This document shows, one piece after another, positions 37,419 to 51,332 of a DNA stretch of 64,000 nt. Position 1 is the first letter of the stretch; each line of letters opens with the position of its first letter. A program made the translations under genes and the position numbers. A model generated the notes under the pieces. That model was not told where the DNA came from and made no database searches. It saw nothing but the letters and a program-made list of their open reading frames with translations. Origin of the DNA: Takakia lepidozioides (taxonomy: Eukaryota > Plantae > Bryophyta); NCBI GenBank assembly GCA_030704615.1, contig CM060732.1, forward strand, positions 39,494,001 through 39,558,000, written 5' to 3'.

Positions 37419-40400
37419 GGACAATGTCACGGTGAAGTATTTTGCCACACAGCCCAAGTTGTCCCCAAAACAACTTAGGTGGCAAGATACTTTGGCGGTG
37501 TTCGACGTGGATATCCAGTACAAACCGGGACGGGACAACATGGTGGCCGATGTTTTAAGTAAAAAGCAACAGCTCTTGTTGGAGTACAGGGGCGAGACGA
37601 CGCTCCAAAGGAAGATCCGGAAGGCTTGCCGGAAGGATGAGCTGGCAAAGTTCGTGATGCAGGACTTGAGGATGGGGGTTAAATCGCAGTTCCACTTGCA
37701 AAATGGACTGCTCCGGTATAAGCAAAAACGTCTCTACGTGCCGAAGGGAGGGATCAGAGATAGTCTCTTGAGAGAATGCCATGATGGCCCGCTTGCGGGC
37801 CACGGTGGAGCCAAGCGCACCGCGGCACTCTTGAAAGAAAGAGTATTTTGCCCAAACTGAGGGAGGAGGCAGAGGAGTATGTCAAGACATGCACCACATG
37901 CCAACAAAACCGGAGCGAGTACAAAAAGCAAGTGGGGTTGTTACAACCCTTGCCGATTCCAGAGGGGTCTTGGGAAAGCGTCTCGATGGATTTCATGACT
38001 GCTATGCCGCTGTCAAAAGGATTCGATGCGATCATGGTGGTGGTGGATAGGTTCAGTAAAATGGGCCATTTCATCCCCACCAAGGAGACGGCAACGGCGC
38101 AGGAGACGGGGCGACTTTACTTCACCCACGTCTTCAAGCATCATGGACTCCCGAAGGATATTGTCTCGGACCGCGATCCAAAGTTTACGAGTAAATTTTG
38201 GAGGGCACTTTGGAAGAAGATGGGGACGAGGCTGAAGATAAGCACCGCCTTCCGACTACGACGGATGGCCAAAACGGAAATAGTGAATTCCGTAGTGAAG
38301 CAAATATTGTGGAATTACGTGTCGGCAGACCAATCAGACTGGGTGGAACACTTGGACGCGGCAAAGTTCTGTTATAATAACACAAAACACTCCGCAACAA
38401 CGGGAGTTTCCCCTTTCGTATTGGTCTATGAAAAAGCACCTCTGGTGCCGACAAGTTGGGCCGTCCAGGACGTTGAGGAACCGGTAGCAGCGGCGGTACT
38501 GGAAGAACGCGAGCGTTTGTTGAAGCTCGCAAAGTACAACATTGCCAAAGCTAGGAAACGGTATGAAAGGAAGACGAATCGAAAGCGGAGGGAAGTGAAG
38601 TTTGAAGAGGCACAGAGAGGGTCTTGAGTTTGAACATCAAGAATTTCGACCACTACGGAAATGAGTCGAAGTCGTACTCCGTATGCGGGACCCTTTCGCA
38701 TCCGGAAGGTTATGATGGTGTGTGTATGAATGAGCTGCCGGCAAACAGCAAGGTGCATCCAGTATTCCACGTCTCCCTTTTGAAGCCTTACTTACTTCAA
38801 AGATGAAGCGCGTCTGAATCGGCATCAAGTGTGTGTTTGCGCGCCCTGCAGTGCTATTGGATCAGGTAAATGAAACCTTAGTCGAGGTGGAGGCAGTGCT
38901 TAAGTCGAGGAGGTTCAAGAACGAGAAACGGAGTATGGAGTGAAATGGAAAGGGCTATTCATCACGTGGAGGCATCTGTCTTGGGTGCGTGCCTCAGAAA
39001 TGGAAACGCATCCGAGGCGGTTGCTACGTTCGAGGACGACCTCAAAAGCGGAAGAAGTATTGATGGGAACATCAACCTTGGATCGTAGGGGAGGAAATGC
39101 ATGTTTAGCTCGACTTACCTAGCTCAAGAATCCGATTGCAAAAACTTGTGTTATACAAATTTTGTTATAAATGGTTTCCAAATGTTACGCCTCCTATTTT
39201 GTTTGGAATGGTGATGCATGGTATGGTTGGCTAGTATGTAGAATGCATGCTAGCTTACAGAAGTGGGAGAGGTAAATTGGACTAATCTTGTGTTTGCGTA
39301 GTGCCGAAATCGGGTGACCCCATCCAAGGGGCAATGAATGACTACTTGCTTCTTCCTTGGGAGTTCACGTGCTAGTGCGCACCTGGCGCATGCACATACT
39401 ATAACTGCGCTACGAGGGGTGCCTGTTGCGTGGTAGTGCGGGCTAACGCGAAGTTACGTGCTTCCGTTCACGTACTATATCGTGTAGCCTCGGGACGAAG
39501 TCGTAGTGCGGCTTCGGCGTGTTCCCGTACCTCAGGCCAGCATTCCAAGGCGGACCCAATTGTAGTGATTGGGGCGCACGGTTGGTTCAATGTTATCTTC
39601 CTAGTCAAAGAGGGTTCGAGGTGAACCCTTGCTCAAGGTGATGCCAAAAGCGGCATCATGAGCGGTCGCAAGCAATGTTGTTTGCAGTAAGGCGATTCGA
39701 TCCTCGGGAGGATCATTCCTTGGCCTTGAAGTAGGCCAGAAGAGTGCACTGGGAGGAGCTTGAGAGGCTCCACCCTTGGCCGGGACTTGGAGGAAGTCGG
39801 CCGAACTAGCTAGTGGAGAGTAGAGTCAAGTGTGGGGTTTGGTTCTTTGCCATGGGACGCCATGGTACAAAAACAAACTCCTTGATGTGGGACGCCACAA
39901 CTTGGATGTTCGTTTCTACAAAATGGACAAATCGATGAGGACATCGACTCCCTGTTGGTAGGGGTGTGTGTCGCGGCCCTTTGCTTTGAGGGCAGGGGGT
40001 CGGGACATAGGAGGGGCTGCCCCTATGGTGGGGGCAATGGCAGCAATAGGTACGGGGGGCTGAAGCACCCTTGAGTGCCCAAGGCACTCAAGGAGGCGGA
40101 GGCGCTTACTAGGTGGAGCCCCGCACACCGGGTTGCGGTGGGGGTGGCTCCACAAGGGGTGGTGGTAGCTTACGGGACTTAGTGGGGGGTGGCATAGGAC
40201 TCACCATGGGGCGCAGACCTCGTGGTGGGAGTCGTGGGGAGTCTTGGGACTCATCACGGTCCAATGGGGCCATGGTGGGTGGGCCAAGACTCACCGCAAC
40301 TCATCACTGGGAGTCGAGGGTCTTCGTGGTGGTTCGCCATAAAATGACATGGTTGTTTGTGAAACCCCTGCGGACAGTCACAAAAGTATATATAGGGAGT

Positions 40401-40693
40401 AGTAACCCCGAGAACGGTGCAAGCCCGTTGATGACCAAAAACTAGTGAGTAAGTGAGCGAGCCGGAAAGCGACCAAGAGTGGGGAGCTATTCTGGACTGC
40501 CATATACCAAAGGGAATTGCCACTAGGCCCAAATTGGTGGAGGGTCTTTTGGAGGATCAAAGGGGGACCGTTATGTCCCGGTGAGCAGCCGAAGCTCCAA
40601 GTTGGCCCGGCGGCCAGGTTGGGAGTTGGGCACGCGCATCAAAGCGAGTAACTATGACTTGAAGGGGAGCTTACCGAAGTGAGGTGCGCGACA
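37419..40693 (+). mobile_element. 5'-truncated chromovirus copy (RNase H end, INT, chromodomain, 3' region, LTR 39969-40693)
   Basis: Colinear with 11614-14876; many indels in 38600-39060. Confidence 0.93.
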
Positions 40694-43190
40694 TAGCCGG
40701 TAAATTTGCTAAGCCACCAAATTTCGAGGCGACATGCTTAAAGAGTCCTTGATAAATATTCCCCAGTTTACCAACATCGTTTAGAGCTTCCTGCAACTGC
40801 GTTCCCAACATTCTAACGTAGGCCTCAGCAAGAGTTGTAGTACTGATACCATATAGGCTCATGGGTAACTGCACTAGTGCATTGGGGGTGCTATTTTGGA
40901 GTCCACATATTTGTTTTGATAAGCATTTAATGATTCTATCCAGTGCGTTTATGTCCGGGATAGAGAATGGTGCTGCATGAAAATGATATTCTATAGAAGT
41001 TCTGAGTACTGTGTCGAGAATAAATAATTTCTGGCGCATTGTGGCTGGCGAGTTCAATAAGGCAGATGCTTGTGAGACGAGTTTTTTCTGGGTTATGTCT
41101 TTTTGATCACTCCACTTAAAGAGATGGTGTCAATTGTATACCCAAATATGTGTATGGGTCGTCTTGGTCCAAATATGGGAAGGGTTGGGTATTATATAGC
41201 ACCGTGTTATTTAGTATTCTTGAGAGGGTTTGTGTATTGTGTTTGGTATGATGGCTGATCGCCATGATAGCACATTTATATAAACTTAGTTCCATTGCTG
41301 CCCATTTATTGAATCTTTCTAGTTTTTTCACTTGTCGATTGAGATGACTGGATTTGTTGGATAGCAGTACAAGATCATCTGCATAGGCAGTTGCTGGGAT
41401 GTTATTGGGAGCCGTAATGTATTGGTATCATATGTTACCTCGAGCGAGCCAGCGAAGTAGTGGTTCTAGAAAGACAATAAAAAGATATGGGCTAAGTGTG
41501 TCCCTTTGTATGGTACTTCTGTGAATTGGTAAAGGTGATGTATTGCCAAATGAAGGCCCGGAGTATGTGGTGGTGGCTTCAGTATAAATATTGTCAATGA
41601 GCAGTCTTGCGAGTATCCTAGATCAGTCATGACGGCTAGTAGACGCGCATGGTCAATTGAGCCAAATACATTTTTAAAGTCAATGTATAGCAAAAATATG
41701 TCTTGTTGAGTAAAATGTGCATCTTCTAAGGTCGAAATAATGAGTTGGATTTGCCGGCTTGTGCTTCTGGCATTTCGAAATCCCTCTTGCGAGTCACTAA
41801 GAATATGATGTTGTTCTCCGAAGGATATGAGAAGGGTGGTCAAGTGCTAGTAAATAGCTTGTAAAGGGTGTTAGCAAGAGTTATAGGTCTGTAGTTGCCT
41901 AATTGGGTAGGGTAATCTTTTTTGTAAATTAGTATTGTACGACTATTTTTCCAGCCTTTGGGAATTCTATGGAGCTGATAGCACATCACAAAGAAGCGAT
42001 GAATTAATCGATGGAAGTGTGGGTCCAATGCCTTGAGTATTTCATTAGGTATGTTGTCTGGGCCTGACGCTTTGGAGTTGGAGAGAGATTTGAGGCATGG
42101 ATGATAGACCTCTGGGGTGAGGTAAGCGCTTAGGTCGAGTTGTAAGGGTCCCCTTCGCTCGAGTTTAAATCCGTCTATATCATGCCAAGGATAATGTCTA
42201 GCTTGGAGCGCAGTGTTGTATGTGATGCGATGGCTGGAAACATACATGTGCTTGTGGTTGGTATGTGGTCTTAGCTTGCTAGAAGACGATTTTATTTATA
42301 GAGGCTGGAGAGATGTGTAGAGTTCCTGCGTTGTCTCGTATCGCACCAATGGAAGAGAGGGGAAAGGGTTGAAGATTGATTTATGTATATGAGGCGAGGC
42401 TTGTCTTGTAGCATCTTACAGTATGATTGAACAAATTTCTTCTAGTTGTCTTTGGATTGTTGTTTGGTGATATTGTAAGCGTTTTTCTTTGCATCTACCA
42501 ATTCGGGAGAGAAATATGAGCCATGTATGTATGTCTGTATCATTCTGGGGTATCGGGAAATCTGTGCTGCAAGCTATTATTGTGTTTAGGTCTATAATAG
42601 ATAGGGTATTTCTCCATTGGGGGTCTCGTGGGTCAGATGAGATGATTGTAATAGCTTTGCGGATTTTGTGGTGGATTATTAATTGTGCTTGCCATTTTCT
42701 CTGTTGTGTTCTTGTCAAGTATCCTCCATTTATTTTTTATCGTTCAATTTGTACTGGATCAGGGAACTTTGTGCATGTATGTAGCGTGGATTTTGTAATT
42801 TGGGTGAATATTTGTTCTAGCTTGGAGCTTGCGTCTTCCCAAATTTGAAGGGTGGGGTTTGCTGAATATCGATCTAGTATTGTTTCAAAATCAGATATAA
42901 CTGTACCGGAAATGGATCGAAACTTGGCTTGGAATGCCAGAATAGATGAGGGGGGAATAGGGGTGGGAATACGTGGCTGTGTGTCTAGCGATGGGCCGTT
43001 TAGGACTGGACCTATAAGTACTATATGCGCGGGGATGCGGAGAATAATTGGGTAATGGTCAGAGTTATATATGGGATCATACATGATTGTACTGTACAGC
43101 TGTGTGGGATTATTTCCAGACATTTTGAGGTAGTACCCATCAATGAGGCTATGCGAGGTATAGTTTAGTCCTCCTTGCCTAGAGAAAGCC
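40694..43190 (-). mobile_element. Dualen/RandI-like LINE internal piece (APE end and RT), cut at both ends by LTR elements
   Basis: SLIDGYY...SDHYPI (APE); KASGPDNIPNE, NYRPITLANTLYK, SQEGFR, YIDFKNVFGSIDH, IQRDTLSPYLFIVFLEPLLRWL, AYADD, YTYLGI. Confidence 0.78.
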
Positions 43191-46100
43191 TGTGTCGTGC
43201 GCATACGTATCGCTACACAACTACATCGCTGTCCAAACCACACCACACATATATGCACAATAAAGTAGTCTGCCATAATCGCCCCCCTAGCTGGTGGATA
43301 GGTCCCTCTAACTCCAGATAGCTACAAGATGTAATAGCCACAGCCGTACTAAGTCCTCTATCACTGTCCCTATTGTACTCACTCCTATGGCTCTGAACTC
43401 TTCCCTGTCAGAGTTGTTCCTTCCTATTGACCAAGAGGCCGGGTACAAGAGTAGCCCCATCGTTAGTCGCCGTCTTGCAATCTGTGAACTTGAGCCAGGA
43501 CCTCGTGTATTCAAGGTCTCCTGTAGCTGGGCCTTGCGTTGCTTGTTAGCCTTCCATGGTTGTATCCACTCCCACTATCCAATGTAATGTGGACATAACC
43601 AATCCCCATCTGGAACCATCTCAAGAGGTGGAGTCAAGCATCCCATATGCCAACCTCTAGAGCATCGATCACACACCAGCATGGTGGCTGCCCCTCTAGC
43701 AGACCCACACAACATACACCTCAAACTTGCGGATACCACTGCCAGGTTTGGGTCAATCCTGCCATCGACATTCGGAAGGTGACATGGCGCACAATTACGC
43801 ACATGGTCCTTCCAAGTTATGCCATCCCGACCCTCCAAGACCAAGACGCCTGAGGGCAAGACCTCTCGAACCCTCAAAATAACACGTCCTGCAGTCACAT
43901 CCAAGGTCGTAGGAGCAGTCTACTGCAGATAGACATAGTCACCAGGGTTGAATCTCCGAACCCCAGGACGATAGCCCCCACCACGTATGGTAGCATACCT
44001 CAACGTATCACGGTGTTGTGCAATGGCAAGGTTCTCGAAAGCCATGGGCATGACTTTCTTGAACAACTCTGCACGCTGCTCACATGCACGTGCCCACACG
44101 TCCGGATCGTCAAGGTTAAGAATTGTAGCAGCTTCTCTGCGAATGGATGTAGGCAAATCCGGCTCTCGGCCGAAGAGAAGAAAGTATGGTGAGAAGGAGG
44201 CAAGTGATGCTTGCTTGCTGAACCTGTAGCCCATGGCTAACCAGGGTAACTGAAGGTCCCAATCTCCTAGGTGTCCCTTCTGCAAGCCATACTTGCGCAA
44301 ACCCCTCTTTACTGTCTGAACAACTCTCTCTGTCAAGCCATCGGCCTCAGGATGATCCCGAGAAATGGTGCGGTGGTCTATCAAGGCCTTGTCACACAAA
44401 GCCTGAAACTCCCCCAAGAACTCTCTCCCTTGGTCCGTGAGTACCTCAGCTGGAGCACCGAATCGGCTAAGCACACAATCCAAGAATGCATACGCAGCTC
44501 CCTCACTAGCCTTATCAGGCAATGGAACCAACTCAATCCACTTGGAGAAGTGCTCCACCATCACCAACACGTACTTATTGTGGCGCATGGTCAGTGGCAA
44601 CGGCCCTGCGAAGTCAAGACTCCACATGTAGCCCAATCCCATGATCGGAAGAGGGTGCAATTGTGGAGTAGGGGCGTTGAATGAAGCACGCACCCTGTCA
44701 CACACCATGCACCTAGCCACAAATTGTTGCACCTCTGTGTGCATACCACGCCACCAATATTGCCCCTGCAGTAGACTATGAGTGCGTCGCACCCCAAAAT
44801 GCCCCAACTCCTCATGGGCATGCCGCACTAACCGTGCCCGCTGTGTTGGGTGAGGCACAATCCTCACTTGACCATCCTCCCACATTCGGAGCAGGTGCAT
44901 CCCCTCCCACTTGAACCTCTTGGCTTGTTGTAGGATCCGATCCCTCTCCTTGGCAGTCACAGTGGCTGCAGTGTCTCCAGTGCGGAGGTAGTCCAACACA
45001 ACTGAATCCTCATGTATATCTTTGGCGCCACCTTGCTCATTGCTGGCCTCAGGGTCCTCAGACACTTGATCTACAGTCATCCCTGTTGCAGGTCCAACCT
45101 GGCCTTCCGCTGCCAAGATACACAGAAATGCAGATGCATGCCATCCGGGCACCATCTCCTCGTCCGTCTCACCATGCCACCGAGCTCCAGTGTCATCCTG
45201 TTGGCTCGTGCATGGATTGCGACTCAACCCATCTGCATTGCAATTGACCAAACCCGGTCGATGCACCACCTGAAAGTCATACTCTTGAAGGATGAGTGCC
45301 CATCGTGCAAGCTTCCCCGTAAGCTTGTCTGACTCCATCAACCACTTGAGTGGTTGGTGATCCATGACAAGGGTGAAGAGATTGCCATATAGATAGCACC
45401 TGAAGTGTGCCACGGCCCACACTGCAGCTAAGCATTCTCCCTCATATGAGCTATACTTAGACTCTGCAACGTTGTTCGAGCGGCTAGCATAAGCCACTAC
45501 GAACTCTCTTCCCTCATCATCCACCTGTGTGAGCACCGCTCCAAGCCCTAGCATGCTCTAATCTGTGTGCAGCTGAAAAGGACGCCCCCTGATAGATCGT
45601 CTCAAGATGGGCACCGAGGTCAACCTCGCCTTGAGTTCTTGAAATGCTTGTTCTTGCTCATCTTCCCACTGCCACTCCTGGTCCACCTTGGTCAGCTTGG
45701 TTAGAGCCTTTGCAATGGCACTAAATCCCTTAACAAACCGTCTATAATAGTCTGTTAATCCCATGAAAGCTCGAACTCGGCTCACATCCGTGGGGCGTGG
45801 AACCTGTGCAATGGACTCTGTCTTAGTCTGCTGTACCCCCAATCCTCCAGGATATATCATGTGACCCAGATACTCAATCTGGTTGTGGAAAAACTTGCAC
45901 TTTCCCGGATATAACTTCAATCCGTGCGCCCTCAAGCGCTCAAATACCCCCTGAAGGTGTCTCTCATGCTCCTCCACCGTAGCACTAAAGATGATGATGT
46001 CATCTATGTAGCACCGAGCAAACTCCACCCTTGCTAGAATCCTGTCCATGACTCTCTGAAACTCTGCCGAAGCGTTCTTAAGCCCAAATGGTAAGAACCG

Positions 46101-46665
46101 CCACAGGTATAGGCAATCCTTCCCATGCTCATTGATCCCCCAGAATGCCGTCTTTTGCTTATCCGCCTCCTTGATCGGCAACTGGTGATATCCGGATCGT
46201 AAATCCAACGTGCTAAAGACCTTGGCATGCCCAATGGCATCAAAGATCTCCTCTGGTGTCGGCATGGCATACCTATCGGACTTGGTCTGACGATTTACAA
46301 GCCGGTAATCACCGCACATACGTCTCTCCGTCCAATTGCCATAGACATCCTTCTTGGCTGGCATCACTGTGGCTGAAGCATACTCTCCCCCAGATAGCTC
46401 CACCAAACCAGCCTCCCAAAGGTCCTGAGTTCTCATCTGAATCAAGGACCTCTCCATGTCACTGTATCTATAGGGTCTCTGAAAGATTGGCGTGTCAGTA
46501 GCCAATTCAATGCGAATCTCTTGACCCTTCAGTGCTCCTAAGTCCTTCAAACTGAAGGCAAAGCAATTCCTGTAAGCCCTCAGGAACCACCGTATACGTC
46601 GTCTCTCTCCTCCGGTGACAATGGGTCCAATGTCAGGCTCCCAATTGTTCTCCGTAACTGTAACC
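43191..46665 (-). mobile_element. Non-chromovirus Ty3/gypsy pol (RT-RH-INT-PHD) with putative PPT and short 3' LTR
   Basis: [30 protein letters not shown](W), SYEGECLA, HHCC, LDFAGP, TDQG, DGLTER. PHD: CMLC...CDRC..GWHMGC...WLC. PPT-like AGGGGGG at 43288-43282. Confidence 0.93.
43575..43721 (-). CDS. PHD finger at the integrase C-terminus
   Basis: CMLCGSARGAATMLVCDRCSRGWHMGCLTPPLEMVPDGDWLCPHY (C4HC3 with the last Cys changed to Tyr). Confidence 0.9.
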   Translation of the reverse strand, partial: RCMLCGSARGAATMLVCDRCSRGWHMGCLTPPLEMVPDGDWLCPHYIG

Positions 46666-47200
46666 TTCGGGATGGTGGACCTGGCCTCCTGTGGGATGCT
46701 CAGTTGCAGCAGTTAGTGGAGCCTAATGCCGACGAGCGAGAGCGGGCTATGGGGTTTTCCACTGGGACCACGGCGGTGCCTTCTCTTTCTGAGGCATCAC
46801 GTCGTTAGGTGTTGGGGCAAGCAATGGATCTCAATTGCTTGACCTGGATTATCATCTTGGCTATGGTTGAGCAACGTAGAGTGTGGAGTGCACTTCCCTT
46901 GACGGTCTCTCTGCCTACCGAGACGGTACAGGCAGCGAGTGGGGGCGAGCCGGTGAGGACCACGGGGTGTAAACATCCATGGCACACGTGGGAGGTGCTC
47001 GAGGTTCAGAGGGAGTTGGCAGCCAAGGCAGCTGTGATGGATGAGGTTGGGGATTCTTCTCGGGTTGATGAGGTCCTCAAGGATGAGATGATGGGGCAGG
47101 ATGAGGCCTTGTCATTGACTGAGCAGGCAGGGAGTACTGCTCAAGAGGTTGCGGCATAGCAACCACGGGACGCGTCCTCTACCTCTAAGCCCACTGCAGG
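46666..47200 (+). pseudogene. C5-cytosine DNA methyltransferase motifs IX-X and acidic linker (inverted piece of the PHD-gypsy polyprotein)
   Basis: RDGGPGLLWDAQLQQLVEPNADERERAMGFSTGTTAVPSLSEASRR*VLGQAMDLNCL aligns by eye to DNMT3 [31 protein letters not shown]. Confidence 0.8.
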
Positions 47201-50200
47201 ACAAGGTATGGTTCATATGAGTTCTTGGTGATGCCTTTTGGGCTCACTAATGCACCGGCGACCTTTAGCACGCTGATGAACAGCCTTTTTCAGGAGTGGT
47301 TGGATGACTTTGTGATCGTGTACATCGACGACATCTTGGTGTACTCAAAAACAAAGGAGGAGCACCTGGAGCACCTCAAAAGGGTGTTCCAAAAATTGCG
47401 GGAAGGGAAGCTGTACGCCAAAGCTTCAAAATGCGAATTCGGGGTCACGAAAGTGGAGTTCTTGGGGCATGTGATTACGCAGGAGGGGATCAAAATGGAT
47501 GACAGAAAGGTGAGGGCGATCTTGGACTGGGAGCCTCCGACTTCGGTCCCGGGAGTGCGATCCTTCCTAGGACTCGCCTCCTATTACCGGAAGTATGTGA
47601 GAAATTTCGCCAAGATCGCGGGGCCATTGTCGGACCTTCTGTGTAAATCCAAAGTCTGGGTATGGAACACATTTTGTGGCCAAGCTTTTGCTGAATTGAA
47701 GCAGCGGATGGCGGAAGCTCCAGTCTTGAAAATCCCGGAGTTCGATTGTCCATTTGAGATTCATACAGATGCGTCGGACTTCGCGATTGGGGGTGTACTT
47801 ATGTAAGATGAACGTCCACTGGCTTACAAAAGTAAGAAACTGAATGAAGTGGAGCGACGGTGGCCGACGCACGAAAAAAAGATGAAGGCGGTGGTGCACT
47901 GTCTTGAGCTTTGGCGCCACTATGTTGGTTCCAACCCAGTGAAGGTGTTCACGGACAATGTCACGGTGAAGTATTTTGCCACGCAGCCCAAGTTGTCCCC
48001 AAAACAACTTAGGTGGCAAGATACTTTGGCGGTGTTCGACGTGGATATCCAGTACAAACCGAGACGGGACAATGTGGAGGCCGATGCTTTAAGTAGAAAG
48101 CAACAGCTCTTGTTGGTGTACAAGGGCGAGACGGCCCTCCAAAGGAAGATCCGGAAGGCTTGCCGGAAGGATGAGCTGGCAAAGTCCGTGATGCAGGACT
48201 TGAGAATGGGGGTTAAATCGCAGTTCCACTTGCAAAATGGGTTGCTCCGGTATAAGCAAAAGCGTCTCTACGTGCCGAAGGGAGGGATCAGAGATAGCCT
48301 CTTGAGAGAATGCCATGATAGCCCGCTTGAGGGCCATGGCGGAGCCAAGCGCACTGCGGCACTCCTGAAGAAAAAGTATTTCTGGCCCAAACTGAGGGAG
48401 GAGGCAGAGGAGTATGTCAAGACATGCACCACATGCCAACAAAACCGGAGCGAGTACAAAAAGTAAGCGGGGCTGTTACAACCCTTGCCGATTCCAGAGG
48501 GGACTTGGGAAAGCGTCTCGATGGATTTCATGACTGCTATGCCGCTGTCAAAAGGATTCGATGCAATCATGGTGGTGGTGGATAGGTTCAGTAAAATGGG
48601 CCATTTCATCCCCACCAAGGAGACGGCAACGGCGCAGGAGACAGGGCGACTTTACTTCGCCCACGTCTTAAAGCATCATGGAGTCCCGAAGGATATTGTC
48701 TCGGATCGCGATCCAAAGTTTACGAGTAAATTTTGGAGGACACTTTGGAAGAAGATGGGGACGAGGCTGAAGATGAGCACCGCCTTCCGACCTACAACGG
48801 ACGGCCAAACGAAAAGAGTGAATTCCGTAGTGAAGCAATTCTTGCGGAATTACGTGTCGGCAGACCAATCAGACTGGATGGAACACTTAGACGCGGCAGA
48901 ATTCTGTTATAATAACACAGAACACTCCGCAACGGGAGTTTTCCCTTTCGTATTGGTCTATGGAAAAGCACCTCTGGTGCCGACAAGTTGGGCCGCCCAG
49001 GACGTTGAGGAACCAGCAGTAGCGGCGGTACTGGAAGAACGCGAGCGTTTGTTGAAGCTCGCAAAGTACAATATTGCCAAAGCTAGGAAACGGTATAAAT
49101 GGCAGGCAAATCGGAAGCGGAGGGAAGTGAAGTTTGAGGCAAGCACAAAGGTCTGGTTGAACATCAAGAATTTCCGACTGCCTCCGGAAGTGAGTCAGAA
49201 GTTCGTACCTCCGTATGTGGGACCCTTTCGCATTCGGAAGGTTATGAATGAGGATGTGTATGAATTGGAGCTGCCGGCAAACAGCAAGGTGCACCCAGTA
49301 TTCCATGTCTCCCTTTTGAAACCTTACTTCAAAGATGAAGCGCGTCCGAATCGGCATCAAGTGTTGCGTCCGCCACCTATGTTGTTGGATCATGAAAATG
49401 AACCTGAGTACGAGGTGGAGGCAATACTTAAGTCGAGGAGGTTCAGGAACCGAGAAACGGAGTATCTCGTGAAATGGAAGGGCTATCATCATGTGGAGGC
49501 ATCTTGGGTGCGTGCCTCAGAAATGGGAAACGCATCTGAGGCGGTTGCAGCTTTCGAAGGGCGACCTCAAAAGCGGAAGAAGCGTTGATGGGGACATCAA
49601 CCTTGGAGCGTGGGGGAGGAAATGCATGCTTAGCCCGGTTTAGCTAGCTCAGGAATCCGATTGCAAAAACTTGTATTGTACAAAAATTTGTTATAAAGGA
49701 AATGGGTTCCAAATATTGTGCGTCCTATTGTGTTTGGAATGGTGATGCATGGTGTGGTTGGCTAGTGTATAGAATGCATGCTAGCTTACAAAAGTGGGAG
49801 AGGTAAATTGGGTTAATCGTGTGTTTGCGCAGTGCCGAAATCGGGTGACTCCCATCCAAGGGGCAAGGAAACTTGCGCCTTTCTTTGGGAATTCACGTGC
49901 TAGTGCGCACCTGGCGCGTGCGCGTACTATAACTGCGCTACCGAGGGGGTTGCCTTGTAGTGCGGGCTAACGCGGAAGCTACGTGCTTCCGTTCACGTAC
50001 TATAATCGTGTAGCCTCGAGACGAAGTCGTAGTGCGGCTTCGGCGTGTTCCCGTACCTCAAGCCAGCATTCCAAGGCGGACCCAATTGTAGGTTATCTTC
50101 CTAGTCAAAGAGGGTTCCAGGTGAACCCTTGCTCAAGGTGATGCCAAAAGCGGCATCATGAGCGATCGCAAGCAATGTTGTTGCAGTAAGACGATTCGAT

Positions 50201-51327
50201 CCTCGGGGAGGATCGTTCCTTGGCCTTGAAGTAGGCCAAGAAGAGTGCACTGGGAGGAGCTGGAGAGGCTCCACCCTTGGCCGGGACTTGGAGGAAGTCG
50301 GCCAAACTAGCTAGTGGAGAGTAGAGTCAAGTGTGGGGTTTGGTTCTTTGCCATGGGACGCCATGGTACAGAAACAAACTCCTTGATGTGGAACGCCACA
50401 ACTTGGATGTTCGTTTCTACAAAATGGACAAGTCGATGAGGACATCGACTCCCTGTTGGTAGGGGTGTGTGTCGCGGCCCTTTGCCTTGAGGGCAGGGGG
50501 TCGGGACACATGAGGGGCTGCCCCTGTGGTGGGGGCAGCGGCAGCGATGGGTATGGGGGGCTGAAGCACCCTTGAGTGCCCAAGGCACTCAAGGAGGCGG
50601 AGGCGCTCACTAGGTGGAGCCCCGCACACCGGGTTGCGGTGGGGGTGGCTCCACAAGGGGTGGTGGTAGCTTAGCGGGACTTAGTGGGGGTGGCATAGGA
50701 CTCACCATGGGGGCGGAGACCTCGTGGTGGGAGTCGTGGGGAGTCTTGGGACTCATCACGGTCCATAGGGGCCGTGGTGAGCGGGCCAAGACTCACCGCG
50801 ACTCATCACCGGGAGTCGAGGGTTTTCGTGGTGGTTCGCCATAAAATGGCATGGCTGGTTGTGGAACCCCCGCGGACAGCTACAGAAGTATATAGAGGGA
50901 GTAGTAACCCCGAGAACGGTGCAAGCCCGTTGGTGACCAAAAACTAGTGAGTAAGCGAGCGAGCCGGAAAGCGACCAAAGAGTGGGGAGCTGTTCCGGAC
51001 TGCCATCTACGAAAGGGAATTCTCCTAGTCCCAATTAGGTGGAGGGTTTAGAGGGAAGCGAAGGGGGGGACCGTTATGTCCCGGTGAGCAGCCGAAGCTC
51101 CAAGTTGGCCCGGGCGGCCAGGTTGGGAGTCAGGCGCGCGCATCAAAGCGAGTAACTATGACTTGAAGGGGAGCTTACCGAAGTGAGGTGCGTGACAGGG
51201 ACCGTTATGTTCCGTTGAGCAGCCGAAGCTCCGAGTTGGCCCGGCGGCCAGGTTGGGAGTTAGGCGCGCGCATCAAAGCGAGTAACTATGACTTGAAGGG
51301 GAACTTACCGAAATGAGATGCGCGACA
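47198..51327 (+). mobile_element. 5'-truncated chromovirus copy (RT to LTR 50470-51197) followed by a second 130-bp LTR end (51198-51327)
   Basis: Colinear with 10857-14876; stops at 47804 and 48464; two LTR 3' termini, CGTGACA and CGCGACA. Confidence 0.93.
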
Positions 51328-51332
51328 CGGGG

